Shown here piece by piece: positions 1-12,878 of a DNA stretch of 64,000 bases. The position numbers were made by a program, and so were the translations under genes. Below the pieces are notes generated by a model, which was given only the letters and a program-made list of their open reading frames with translations, had not been told where the DNA came from and ran no database searches. Source of the DNA: Eledone cirrhosa. Its lineage: Eukaryota. The DNA is taken from NCBI GenBank assembly GCA_964016885.1, contig OZ024743.1:184450001-184514000 (forward strand), read 5' to 3'. The stretch's first letter is position 1. Every line of letters begins with the position of its first letter.

Positions 1-2905
1 AAAACAAAGGAATTCCCACAAGAAATCTACTTGGCAAGAGAACATCAATCGCCAAATAAACCTTCTCCGATCTGACATAGAAATTTTAAAAAACTATAAA
101 GTAGGTGAACATGTTAAACAAACTAAACTTAGAAAATTGAAAAGAAAGTACAGTATAAAACCAACAAGTGACATAGGCATGCTGATAGAAATAATCAAGC
201 AAAAAGTGTCGGCCAAAGCTGCTCGTATAAGGCGCTTTGAAAAACGATCTAGATTCTATAAGGACAATAATATGTTCAAAACCAACCAAAGAAACTTCTA
301 CAGAAAAATTGGTAAGTCAACAATAACTGCTAAATCAATACCACCCAAGGAGAAAGTGCAAGAATTCTGGGAAAAGATCTGGGCCGAAGAAAAAGTTCAT
401 AATATACATGCCCCATGGATAGACAGACAAATGAAAGATACAGCTCACCTTGAGGAACAAATATGGGAAAATATAACAGTTGAACAGTTGCGTTTGGCTC
501 TAAGAAAAACCAGCAAATGGAAATTCCCAGGAAAAGACAAAATACAAAATTTTTTGGATAAATGCCTTCACAGAGTCTCATGAGCTGTTAGCCCAACTTT
601 ACAATGAAATAGTTAAGGAGCCAGAAAAGATACCATCATGGCTAGTTAACGGCATTACATTCCTGCTTCCGAAGAATGATGAGACAAACAATCCCAAAAA
701 TTACAGACCGATAACTTGCTTGACCACAATGTATAAAATTTTAACATCAGTCCTAACTGAATATACATATGACCACCTGATAACAAATGACCTATTCCCC
801 ATTGAGCAGAAAGGGTGTAAACGAGGCTCATATGGCTGTAAGGATCAGCTTTTGGTTAACAAAATGATACTGGAAGATTGTCATAATATACACAAAAATC
901 TATCAATTGCTTGGATAGATTATAAAAAAGCATTCGATAGTTTGCCACACAGTTGGATTGAAAAATGTTTAGAGATTTTCAAAATATCCCCCGTTGTCAG
1001 GAGGTTTTTGTCATTCAGTATGAAGACATGGAAAACGACACTCCTTTTGAATAGTGAAACAAAATCACTGGAAGCTGGAGAAGTTAATATTAATTGTGGA
1101 ATTTTTCAGGGTGACTCTTTATGACCGCTTTTATTCTGCATCGCACTTATACCATTAAGTAAAATGCTCAATGAAACAAAACATGGATATAAAGTCTATG
1201 ACAAAACCATTAATCACTTGTTCTACATGGATGACCTGAAACTATTTGCAAAAAATGAAGAACAATTGCAGGGGCTATTATCCACTGTGGAGCAGTTCAG
1301 TGATGACATTAAAATGGAGTTTGGACTAGATAAATGCGCCAAAGCAACGTTCACCAGAGGAAAGCTGCTGAAAAGTTCAGACATTAATCTTGATCGAGGG
1401 AATGTGATAAGAGAACTTGATCAAGAGGAAACTTACAAATATCTAGGTGTTTGTGAAGGAGACGGAATCAAGCACTCGACAATGAGGGAAAGGATAAGGA
1501 AGGAATGTTACCGCAGAGTAAGAGCAATCTTAAGAACGGAATTGAATGCAAGGAATAGGATCGATGCCATAAACACGCTTGCCATACCAGTAGTAACCTA
1601 CAGTTACAATGTCATCAACTGGTCAAGCACAGAGATCCGTAGGCTCGATACAAAAATTCGAAAATTCTTAACCATGCACAGAATGCATCACCCTAAGGCA
1701 GATACAGATAGAATATATCTCCCTAGGAAAGAAGGGGGACGTGGGTTAATCCAGTTAGACATTGCGTTGAAAACTGCAACAATTGGATTATCTACATATC
1801 TAAGGGAATCACATGATTGGATGATCAAACTCGTTTTGAAACACGAAAGCATCAAAAGATCATACTCCATTACAAAAGATGCACAAAGATACAGTAATGG
1901 ACTACACATTTCAGAAGTCCCATTTACTGCTGAAATGGAAAACACAGAAAAAGCAAAGCAGGTAAAAGTAACTGCAAAGAAAGAACTGCTACAGAAACTG
2001 GCTAAGAAATGGCAAGAAAAGCCTCTGTATGGAAAATACCCAGAACGAGCTAACAATCCTGATGTTGACAAAACTTTAACCCATCAGTGGTTGGCATCCT
2101 CTGGACTGAAATCGGAGACTGAAGGACTGATTATATCAGCACAAGATCAGTGTCTGCCAACAAAAAATTACCAAGCCAACATAATAAAAAATGGATGCAG
2201 CCCATTATGCCGTGTATGTAAAAAACAACCAGAGACCATTGACCATATAATTTCAATGTGCAGTCCTATAGCTCCAACCGAATACCTAAACAGGCATGAC
2301 AGAGCTGCACAATACATACATTGGATAATGTGTAAGCATTTTGACCAACCCATCAAAAGAATTGGTGGGAGCATCAACCACCTCCCATACTTGAAAAAGA
2401 TCTTGTGGAACTTTAGCATCCAAACAGACCGAAAAATAGATGCAAATAGACCTGATATAATATTGAAGGACTTTAAAAAGAGGGTATGCCTGCTAATTGA
2501 TATGTCCGTTCCAATAGACAAGAATGTATCTATAAAAACATTTGAAAAATTGAGCAAGTATAAGGACCTGGAGATAGAAATTGGAAAAATGTGGAAATTG
2601 AGAACTAAAACAATACCAGTGGTTGTAGGCGCTCGAGGAATGATACCTAAGGGGTCTAATGATTACTTATCGCAAATCCCAGGAAACCCGCGTGTAGGAG
2701 AAATACAAAAGATAGTACTAATGGGAACTGCCCATATACTAAGGAAGATTCTGTCAATATAAGTACATCACAAGTCTAAACACTAAAGATGCATGTGTGA
2801 GTATGTATGTTCTTTCTTGAACATGGCGGACCTTGTTGTCTCTTGAGGTCACTGGTTGTGACTTGGTGATAACTCGTATGAACATAAAGCAAGATAAATG
2901 CAGCT

Positions 2906-2906
<1 letters not shown>
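1..2906 (+). mobile_element. R4/Dong-clade non-LTR retrotransposon (RT + CCHC + restriction-like endonuclease), degraded, 5' end outside window
   Basis: ORF pieces 137-583, 720-1124 and 1164-2762 carry EQKGCKRGSYGCKDQL, IDYKKAFDS, GIFQGDSL, HLFYMDDLKL, CRVC..ETIDHIISMC, RHD, RPDII and KYKDLEIEI. There is a frameshift near 560-580 and an in-frame TGA at 1122. The 3' UTR ends in (AAT)n. Confidence 0.92.
1164..2762 (+). pseudogene. C-terminal part of RT-RLE polyprotein of the R4/Dong element
   Basis: 532-aa ORF with YMDD RT motif, zinc knuckle and PD..D endonuclease motif. Confidence 0.88.

Positions 2907-2975
<69 letters not shown>
2907..2975. repeat. (AAT)n microsatellite joining the 3' ends of a Dong (+) and a Tx1 (-) element
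   Basis: Perfect AAT run. Confidence 0.98.
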
Positions 2976-5900
2976 GGATTTCTTTATTGGCCACAAGGGC
3001 TGACATCAAGAAAAACATTACAGACGGCACAGGACGGTACGATGTGGGTTTTGTGCGTGTAAATATTTTTATTATTTATATAAGAAAAGAAAAAAAGGAC
3101 ATAGAAACATATATATATATATAAACAATAAAAATGAAAATTGAAACAATGAAAAATTCCCCAATGGGGGGGGGGACCTCCGAGGGTTACCCGTGGCGAA
3201 AACCACACAAAAACCACGGCCACCCTGACCACCAGGGCAAGCGCCCTCTCTCAATTTTTCCATCTCTCAAACTACAGACGTATATTCAGAGTGGTTCCGT
3301 GCACTCGGTCCATTCTCGCTACATTCACCCACCTTTCAACAAACTTGCTAGAAGGCAGCACTTGCCTCTCCACCCTGATTTTCCTCTTCAAGTGAAACTT
3401 GAAAAAGTTAATTAGGGATTCGCCGAAGAGGAAAGTGTCTGTCTTTAACCCTTTTAACCTTGTCCACCACACAATCTCTTTCGCCATGGTCACCAGGCAG
3501 ATGAAAACCGCCTGCCCTTCCTCCTCGAAGGAAGACGGCGAGACCATCTGCACAATGGACTCAGTCGACAACCGGATCAGTCCTACACGCGACAGCAACT
3601 GTTCGACATAGCTCCACAAGTTAGCAATGCTCGGGCACTGAACGAGTGCATGCACGACGGTTTCGTCGCTCTGCACGCATCTCGGACAAGCTCGGCTGAC
3701 GGCACTTCCGTGCCTGTAGAGCTTATCTCGAACCGGCAGCGCTCCCCGGTAGCACTGCCAGGCCAGGGATTTTTGGAAGTTATCCATAGGCCTCGGGCTG
3801 AAAGTTCTCCAGAAGAGAGCAAACAGCTGATCTTCTTCAACACCCAGGATCTCTCCGAGAATGTCGTCGCTCTTCCCCTCCACTAGTCCTCTATAGAACG
3901 CCGAGGTGGATGTTCCACCGATACTGGTGCCCAGCTGGCAGAGGGCAGTGAGCTCCTGGAGACATTCCAGTTTCCAAGCGCTATCCCTCGGTCTTTTTCT
4001 GACCCAGGACTGCAGCTCCGTCAAGGAGACGAGCTGTGGGAAAACATGCCTGGCGAACAGCGACCACAATCAAGGGAGCACCAGAGATGTCGCAGCCTCA
4101 GCGCATGTTTGCGCATCATCAGCCATGGCATGCCCAGTCCTCCACGCAACGGGTGTTGACAGCAGATGGATCATCTGACCATGGGAGCGTGTCCATTCCA
4201 CAAAAAGCGGAAGAGGAGGCGCTCCATTTTGGTGAGAGTTGGGCTGGAGCAAGGGACGACGGTGAAGCGGTAGCAGATGACGGATGCGATGTACGCATTC
4301 GCCACCTCCGCCCGGCCTTTCAGGGACAGCTTCCTCTCGGCCCATTTCTGGGTGAGGGAGGCCACCCTGCTCGTCACCTCGTTCCAGTTTTTCTCCATCT
4401 GGAGGTCCGGTCCGAACCAGGCTCCGAGCAATTTAACTGGTCCCTCCGTCCAACGCCCCACGTCGCTGTCGGACGGCATGGACTTGCCTCTCCAGGTGCC
4501 GAGCTGCAAGCCCACCGACTTTTCCTGGTTTATCTTTGCTCCTGTCACCGTTTCGTATTCCTTGAGAGCGGTGCCGAGCATCTGGACGTGTCTGGTGCTC
4601 GACACCACCACGGTGACGTCGTCAGCGTAAGCCGACTCGGATTTCCCGCATCCTAGTTCGCGTGGGACGCCTCTCATCGCCCCCAGTTTGTGCAATAATG
4701 GCTCGAGAGCCAATACGTACAAGAGGGACGAGAGGGGACAACCCTGGCAGACTGAGCGCATGATGCTGAAAGGCTGCGACAGGTGACCGTTCACCCTCAC
4801 AACTGAGCAGATGTTGCTGTACATTGCTGCAATCCAACCCCTGAAAACGGGCCCGAAACCGGCTGCCTCGAGGACCGCCGCCAGGTACCGATGGTCGACT
4901 CTATCGAATGCTTTGGATTGATCCAAGTTGATCAGGGCCCCACCCGTGCTAGGTTCCTTAACCACCCTCTCTATGATTTATCGCATTAGGTGGAGGTTGT
5001 CGTGTATGGATCTGTCCGGAATGGTGCATATCTGCGCCTCTCCTACCAGTCCCTTGACGACAAGCGCCAACCTCGTTGCTAACACCTTGGCCAAAATCTT
5101 GAACTCTGCGTTTAGCAGGGTTATGGGCCTGAAATTATCGATAACATCCCCCTTGTTCGGGTCTTTTCTCAGCAGCGCCACTGCTCCCCGGCTCACAAAA
5201 CTGGGATCTCCCGATCTGCTGCCAGTTGCAGTAGATGTCTGCCAAGAGGTCACCGAACAAGTCTGGCATAAATGCATAAAGCTCGTAGGGCAGACCATCC
5301 AAACCTGGCGATTTACCCCTCGTGCAGTTAGCCATCGCTTCCCGTATTTCACCGGCTGTTATTGGCTTTACGCCACACTGTGCTGCGGTCGTCGAGAGCC
5401 GAGGCAGTCCGTCGAGGTATGCACTGAAGTCCATGCCCCGATCCGGGCCGCTGCCACTCCCGAACAGTTCAGCAAAGTGCTGCTGAAAAGCTTCACACAT
5501 CCGCTCAGGTTCGAGCATCACGCACCCGTTTTGGTCAGACAAAGACCGAATTGTGGCTTTGTTGCCACGACGCACCTCTGCCACCCGGGCCCATTGGATG
5601 GCTTTTGTCTCCTCATGTTTCAGAGCACGCGCTCTAGCTCTGACAACGCAGCCTTCGTGTTTTGCGTTAAAGAATTGGTCGAGTGCCAATCTCGCCGCAA
5701 GCACGTCGGTTGCGATGCCTGTCTGTCCTAAACGCCTCTTCTAGCTTTCTGACAAGCTCTCCCTCTACTCTATTTTCCTCTATCACTACTCCTTTGCTAA
5801 ACCTAATCGACTCTACTTTAATTGCCCTTTTCAGGGCGAACCACCACCTGTTGTTGACGACCGCTCCCGTCAACGCCCGCTTAACTAATACGCTAATCCG

Positions 5901-8536
5901 GTCTCTGTAGGCTTTGCGCGCCGGGAAAGACGCGTTCAGCTTCCAGTAACCGGGCCCTTGTCTATGAAGTCTGTCTATCTCGATATCACAGATCACAAAT
6001 TTGTGGTCTGTGTAGTCGACTATTTTAAATTGTGGACAACTTATACTAGCCTTATCTAGTTCTCTGCAGAATACCCTATCGAGATACGATCTGGATGACC
6101 CGATACGGTTTGTCCATGTCCACATTGGCACATTCGGGTGATCCAGTCGATACCTGTCAGACAGTTCAAAACGTCTGAGCAGGTTGGTGAGGCTCTTGCA
6201 CCCTCCTCCCCTATCCACTAGCCCCACACGATCCCAGCGTGCATCCAAGATACCGTTCCAGTCGCCCACTAACACTAAAGAGCGGGACGTTCCAAAAAAG
6301 GTCTCTAGACGTCTGAAGAAATCTGGCCGTCCTGCCCCTGTTGGGGCGTAGACGGCTACTAGCCTGAAAGCATTGCCTTTGCTGCCGGTCACGTCCAGTA
6401 CCACCGACTTACCTTCTGGGTCTAGGAAGATGGCCCGTATCGCGAAATCCAAGCCTCTCCAAAAAAGGACGGCAACCCCTCTCCCCCCCACCCGATCCTG
6501 GACGGCTGGGAGATGCGTATACATCATAGCCGCTGAAGATCGGTGCGAAGGCTCGTGCTTCGGAGATTCTGGTTTCACTGATGGCCACCACATCTATGTT
6601 TAGTGACCTGAGGTCGTTGAGCAGGTGACCCTGCTTCCAAGGCCACGTGCATTTATACTGCCTATTCTGAGTACGGCCATGTTGGATGAGAAACGGGGCA
6701 AGTGAGAAAGGGTCACTTACCTTGATCGTGTGGTGAAGGGACAGTAGAACCATCCCTTTCGCTGGTCATGGGTGTTTCCAAGAGGATGTCAGTGTATATC
6801 CGCTTGGTAACCGACCCTCTGAAGTCTCCAGCTGTGTTGGGGAATTTTTGTTTTAAAGGTTTGTATTGTTCTATTGAGATTTCGATGATGCTTATGTTTG
6901 TCGGGAGAGTTCTTGGTGTTGGTGGGGTGTAGAAGTTTTTTTCTGTGATGTCTGTGTGCTGCTTTATATTTGTATGAGTTCTTTTTTTGCCATGTTTATG
7001 GCTGTGTACTTTTTGGGGGGAGGGGGGATTTTGTTGCTGTTTTCTTCTTGTTGCTGTTTTCTTCTTGTTGCTGTTTGGTGTGTGTGTCTTGTTGTGTTTG
7101 CGTTGTTGGTGTTTTTGGTGATGCTGGTGGTGGTGTGGTTGTTGTCAGTGGTGCTTGTGGTGGTGATGGTGGTGGTGTTGCTGCAAGTTTCCTTGCTGCC
7201 TTTACCCCTCTTTGTATGCCTTCGCTTTTGGAGGGTAAATCTAAGGGTTTTTTCTTTTTTGTTTTTTGTGGCAGACCGTTTGCCACTTCACTCCCGCCTC
7301 AAACTCCATGTCGGATTCTGTGGCGTCTGGGAGGGGTATGTGCTCCACGGCTGTTGGTGGTGGTAGTGGAGCCCTCTTCGGCAATTTTGTTGCTGGTGTA
7401 GCTACTTCAAATGTAGCTATGGTGTTGCCGCCACTGATGATGCTGCTTTAGTTGTCCGTGGCCTTGGTACGGGTGCTACGGACGTTGCCCTCCTACTCAC
7501 CGTGGAAGGGGCTTCTTCGTTTGTTGCCTGCCCTGCTCTTGGTAGCAGCAGACCAGGTATTAGAAGGAGAGGGGCCTTCTTCTTCGCTGTCTTCTGCGGA
7601 CAAAAGGCCCTGAGGTGACTCTTTCACCCACAGAGATAACATTTTGGCCGTCTTCCTTCTACACTTATAGGGAGTTGGAGTCCTTCCTCGATGTCTATGA
7701 TATCGGGGATAGCGTCGATACATTCCTAGTCAGTTTGTATAAGCATTTGCATGCCTATACCTGACCAGTTCTCTTTCCCTATTTTTTCTACTTGCAGCAT
7801 GGTCGTCCTGTTCTCAATTCCAGCAAGGACAGACGCGGCCAGCCAAGGTATGGGCACGTCGGGTGGGACCTGGGTTACTTTGACCCTCACAATTTTCTGC
7901 CCGCAGTAGGAGGGCACTAAGACTATCTCCTCACTCTTTAGGGTTTCCAAAGAGTGAGACTTTGTTTCCTGGGGGGTGGCGAAAAGTACGTCTACTGTGG
8001 CATACTTTCTGCCTCGGGTGATGTGGGTTTTGCGTGCCCAGACGCACCCCAAGGCCTTTGGGATTTGAGCCTCCGTGGCTCTCTCCACCCGATGTGAGAT
8101 TTTGCTTACGGTGCGATGTGAGATTTTGTTCACCGTCCGTAGCTGCTGGTCCTTGAAAAAAAGCAGGTGGAGGTTTCAGGGAGACTCTATTTGCGCTTCT
8201 TGTCACCATGGCCCTTGTGACTGCCATCTCCTCCTCTGTGATTAACACTGTCTCGATATTTCGGGCGACACCTGCAAAAGAAGTGGTCCCTTTTTCAGCA
8301 GCACCACTATTGCTGCCACTACTGGTCTTACTGGTGGTGCTGAGATCGCTATTACAGGTATCGGTGTCATTGTTGTTGTTTTCGTTGGTACAGTTGTTGG
8401 TGTTGTTGTTGTTTTTGTTGATACTGTTGCAGTTGTTACTGTTATTGTGGCTGTTGTTATTATTGTTGTTTTTGTTGATACTGTTCCTACTATTATTGTT
8501 GTTGTGGCTGTTGTTATTGTCATTGTTATTGTCATT
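2976..8536 (-). mobile_element. Tx1/L1-clade LINE (ORF1 + APE-RT ORF2), frameshifted, 5' truncated
   Basis: APE motifs ISETR, VYAP, GDWN, YLDRVF, TDHK (about 6680-5670). RT motifs LDQSKAFDRVDH, QGCPLS, YADD (4965-4171). C-terminal CPRC..ETVVHALVQC (4069-3272). ORF1 remnants 8530-6780. AATAAA lies just before the (ATT)n tail. Confidence 0.9.
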
Positions 8537-8830
8537 GAGAAACTGTCCAAATATAAAGATCTAGAAATAGAAATAACCTGATTGTGGGTGTTGAAGACAG
8601 ATACAATACCTATAATTATAGGTGTCCTGGGAATTGTAAGAAAGCATGCAGACAGATACATAACCAAAACTCCAGGACTCACAAATATATACAACATACA
8701 AAACATATCACTACTAGGCATCACACACATATTACAAAGAGTATTCTCAAGACAATAGAACAAAAACCACACTGCACATACCCAAGGCACACAGAGCTGT
8801 GCTCGATAATGCAGTGATAACGCACAAAAT
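8537..8830 (+). mobile_element. 3' fragment of R4/Dong element (RLE end + 3' UTR)
   Basis: Translates EKLSKYKDLEIEIT...IPIIIGVLG...IQNISLLGITHIL, followed by a degenerate AAT tail. Confidence 0.82.
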
Positions 8831-8845
8831 AATGATAAGAATAAT

Positions 8846-8996
8846 GTTTCTACTTTTGGCTTTATTTTATCAACCCCATAAGGATGAAAGGCAACGTTAA
8901 CCTGACAGGATTTGAACTTAGAACGTAAAGAGCCATAACTCCTATGCTGCAAAGTATGGTGTCTGACGCTCTACAAATACTGCCAAACCACCACCT
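8846..8996 (-). mobile_element. tRNA-derived SINE (MetaSINE-like central domain)
   Basis: Reverse complement matches the copy at 35728-35912: A/B boxes and GCCTTTCATCCTTAYGGGGTYGATAAAA core. Confidence 0.8.
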
Positions 8997-9062
8997 TTAT
9001 AATGATAATAATAATAATAATTTAGCAGAGGATCATATGGATGCAAAGACCAGTTATCATTA

Positions 9063-10000
9063 TCTATAAAAGGCAGATTGTTGTTGTTGTGTGTGTGCAT
9101 GTTCCATGTTTATACATTTGCACAATTTCAAACCGATTCGACTCAAAGTCTGTAAGAATGTTGTAAATGGTCTAACTTAGGTCAACGACTATTCATTTCA
9201 TTCACACTCACCCATAATTACGGAAATAATCGATAAAACTAAATACATGACGCTGTACCCCTCTAATACAATCGGATTTCCTCTCTCTCTACTCCCCTTA
9301 AACTTTAAGAGAGAGAGAGAGAAAATGCTTGTTTTTGAGTGTGGAACGGTTAAACATTTATTTACTTCAATGACAAAGAGAACTTATTACATTTCATACG
9401 AAACAACAATTATTCAAAAGCAACAGATAAATTTATTCAACAACAAAAAAAATAGCGATAAATCTTTTTTAAAACATCTATCAACGAACGTGGAAGAAAG
9501 AAGTATCAGTTCATTTACTATACACAATAATATCCTCTATGTGGTCACTAAACCTGCTAGAAACAGCAGTTAATTCTCCCCCATATCATACCACTCCCTA
9601 CTGTCTTAAATTTAGAAAACATATCCTCTATGAGGTCACTAAACCTGCTAGAAACAGCAGCTAACTCTCCCCCATATCACCCCCCCCCCCCTACTGTCTT
9701 AAATTTAGAAAACACACATTAGACAACCATGCAGAACAACTCCATCGCAGCTCTGTTGTTCGGCTGTCATCGTCTACGTGTGTGTTGCGCAAGTAGTGTG
9801 AAACAATAAATTTCAACACTTCTTTGCACAGATATAATATCCATAGGCGAAACTACAATTGTCACTGCTGGCGCAGCTCTTGCTTCGGCAGTCCAGGTCA
9901 CCCAGTGCCTGGAAGACAAAAAAGTGCTGCCATAAAATGGGTAGTGCAACCTAATTTTGGTAACTTACTGACCCCGAGCAACGCCGGGCTTTAATGCTAG
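9063..10000 (+). mobile_element. Non-autonomous Helitron
   Basis: A|TC 5' end. The 3' end has a CCCGAGCAACGCCGGG hairpin followed by CTAG|T. Internal ~90-bp direct duplication at 9530-9712. Confidence 0.8.
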
Positions 10001-10956
10001 TTAATAGATAAAGCCATAACTGAAAACTGCAAAAGAAAAAATCAGCATGGTTTGGATTGACAAAAAAGAGTTTGACAGTGTTCCCCATACATGGATACTC
10101 AACACACTAGCCATGAGTAAAATATCAGCAAAAATAACATTTATCAAACATGCCATGAGTAAATGGCAATTCTGCTGTTACAAAGGATAAAACAATAAAA
10201 ACAGAGCCTATCCCAATGAACAGAGGCATATTTCAAGGAGACTTTTCTGCCTAGCATTAACACCACTAACTGAAATACTAAACAGAACTGGGTTAGGGTA
10301 TAAATGCTACATTGGAAAAATTAACCATCTCCTATATATGGATGATCTAAAGCTGTATGCTACAAAGGAAAAACAACTCCAAACACTGCTCCAAACTGTA
10401 CATGGATTCGCAAAAGAAATACGTACCAAGGCATCTCTGAAGAGTGGGGAAACTAGTGGAAAGCAATAATATCATGTTAGATAAAGAAACAGAAATAATA
10501 GAACTAGATCAAACTCAGACATACAAATACTTAGGAATCAACGAACTAGATGAAAGAAAAGATTAGAAAAGAATACTACATAAGAATTAGGTTAATACTC
10601 AAAACTAAACTAAATGCAAAGAATAAGGTGATTAGCATCAACACTTTAGCAATTCCAGTAATGAGCTACAGCATTAACATTCTGAATTATACTCTAAAAG
10701 ATCTAACTGGAATAGATAGAAAAACAAGAAAAATAATGACCGCATTTAGAAAGCACCATCCAAAATCAGACGTAGAAAGGGGCCTTATGCAACTAGAAAA
10801 CTCTTATAAAACTCTTATAAAATAACTACTGTAGGACTAAAAAAATACCTAATAAAAAACAAAGGAAAGTTAATACAAATAGCCACGAATCAGGAATAAA
10901 ACAAAAAGCTGTTCCCGGTCTTCAAAAAATTCAAACCAGAAATTGGACTAACAAAT

Positions 10957-11219
10957 TGTAGCAAGCTACTTTCCTATTTGTGCGTGATTTGGCTAAGTCA
11001 GGCCAATCGGGAGCCGCGCACGGATATATATTTCCAACTTCCACCTAAACAGAGATTTTCCCGCTTTCTGACATTGCCATATAACAAAACCGTTACATTT
11101 ATTGATATAACAAAACCATACCTTTCCGGCAACACAAATACACATTATTATTTTTTTTCTGTTATATTGGTGACCTCTGTTGATACAAATATTATTATCA
11201 TTATTAATCCTCTGCTACA
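10957..11219 (+). repeat. 5' LTR of non-autonomous LTR element
   Basis: TGTAGCA...TGCTACA inverted termini. Homologous to 12197-~12990. Confidence 0.82.
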
Positions 11220-11220
11220 A

Positions 11221-11236
11221 TGGTGACCCGAATGTG
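11221..11236 (+). promoter_or_regulatory. Primer-binding site resembling the tRNA-Trp complement
   Basis: TGGTGACCCGAATGTG lies 1 nt after the LTR end. The eukaryotic tRNA-Trp PBS is TGGTGACCCCGACGTG. Confidence 0.6.
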
Positions 11237-11669
11237 GGAATATTTCCGTACGAAATGTTCCTTTAAAAAAAACAACATGCAACCTTTCTTGTTCATATTG
11301 TATCGACACACCATTTAAAAACTTTCTTGTTGAAATTGTGCCAACATAGCATGGTGTTGTTTTCCTTCAATAAATTGATGAACCCGCCGTAGGAAACATT
11401 CCTTAAAAAAAAAAATTAGCAGTATTTCAAAAAATTACAGCACAAGAAAAATTTTTTTCAAGATGGCTTCCATTAACATCAACAGCGACAACTCTGGTAA
11501 ATCACTACCATAAACCGCACGGGGAAAATGTTTTCAAAACGACAACTTCCTCAACAATAGCAGTAGCAGCAGCGACAACACCAACGATGTGGCATCGTTA
11601 TAGTTATACTGCTGTAACCACCACCTCTACGAATAGCAGGATCACAGCTACAATTACGTCACCAACGAC

Positions 11670-11900
11670 AACAGCTCTGTAAAATATTTACCACACAACT
11701 ACAGCTACACAGCTCTAGTACAACATTTACCACAACTACAGCTACACAGCTCTGGTAAAACATTTACCACAACAACTACAGCTAGCTACACAGCTCTGGT
11801 AACATATTTACCACAACAACTACAGCTACACAGCTCTGGTAAAACACTATGAACAGCATCATCATTGACAACAGCTACTGGTAAAACATTTACCACAACT
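11670..11900 (+). repeat. ~35-42 bp minisatellite within the LTR element interior
   Basis: 5-6 copies of ACAGCTCTGGTAAAACATTTACCACAACAACTACAGCTAC. Confidence 0.85.
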
Positions 11901-12756
11901 AACAATTAATGCAAAAACAGCAACTTTTAAAACATTTCACAAATTTTTCGCTCATGTCAGACTTCATTTGTTTTCTATTAAGACCCTGGGTGGTCACGTT
12001 ATAAATAGCAAACAGCTAGTCATTTGACACAGTGGCTTACATAACACTGGCCCTTAGAGCCTCATTCACAATTTTCTTCTTGCATCTATTCTTTCATTCA
12101 TTTTTTTTCATTGATGTGCTCTTTTTCAGCATTTTCATACCTATGCGAATTCAATTTTTTCTTATGTATCGCCCTTCCGGTCTAAACAAGGGATATTGTA
12201 GCAAGCTACTTTCCTTTGGCGCATTGATAGGCTATTCTTACGTGATTTGGCTAAGTCAAGCCAATCGTGAGCCGCGCACGGATATATATTTCCAACTTCC
12301 GCCTAAACAGAGATTTTCCCGCTTTCTTTCAATATACTGTCTCTTGCAGCTTCAATGATGGAAAGGTAAACACTATTTTTCTTTTGTTGTTTGACCACTA
12401 GCCAATATGTAACGACAACAACATAACTACGGCCTGGCCAACACCTCAGCCAGTCGACCGTACCTTCTAAACTCTTAATTTGTTTATTCCTTTGTTTGGC
12501 ATTGCCAGCTCACCCTTTGTAATCGGTTTGCAAATAAAATATGTAAAGACATTGTAAAGTCTTGTGATGCTATTACCTCAGCCATAGCCTTTAAATGTGA
12601 TATGGAAAGATCCTTTCCAGAGTTATTATCACAGCAGAAACAGAACCTGGGACTTACAGCCGAACCTCAATTCAACTAACATTGCCATATAACAAAACCA
12701 TTACATTTATTGATATAACAAAACCACACCTTTCCTACAACACAAATACACATCAT

Positions 12757-12878
12757 TCAAATCCCGCCGCTGTTAACTTTGCCTTTCATCCTTTCGGGGG
12801 CGATAAAATAAAGTACCAGTAATACACTGGGATAATTACTGGCCTTGTGCCAGAAGTAAAACAATTATTATTATTATT
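12757..12878 (+). mobile_element. 5'-truncated SINE inserted in the 3' LTR
   Basis: TTCAAATCCCGCC...GCCTTTCATCCTTTCGGGG...GGCCTTGTGCCAGAAGTAAAACAATTATT, absent from the 5' LTR. Confidence 0.82.

Noticed and set aside
6956-8564. Hydrophobic V/L-rich + strand ORFs
   Set aside because: Antisense reading of the Thr/Asn/Pro-rich Tx1 ORF1
11670-11900. CRISPR-like array of palindromic repeats
   Set aside because: No unique spacers, no cas genes and a eukaryotic context; it is a minisatellite
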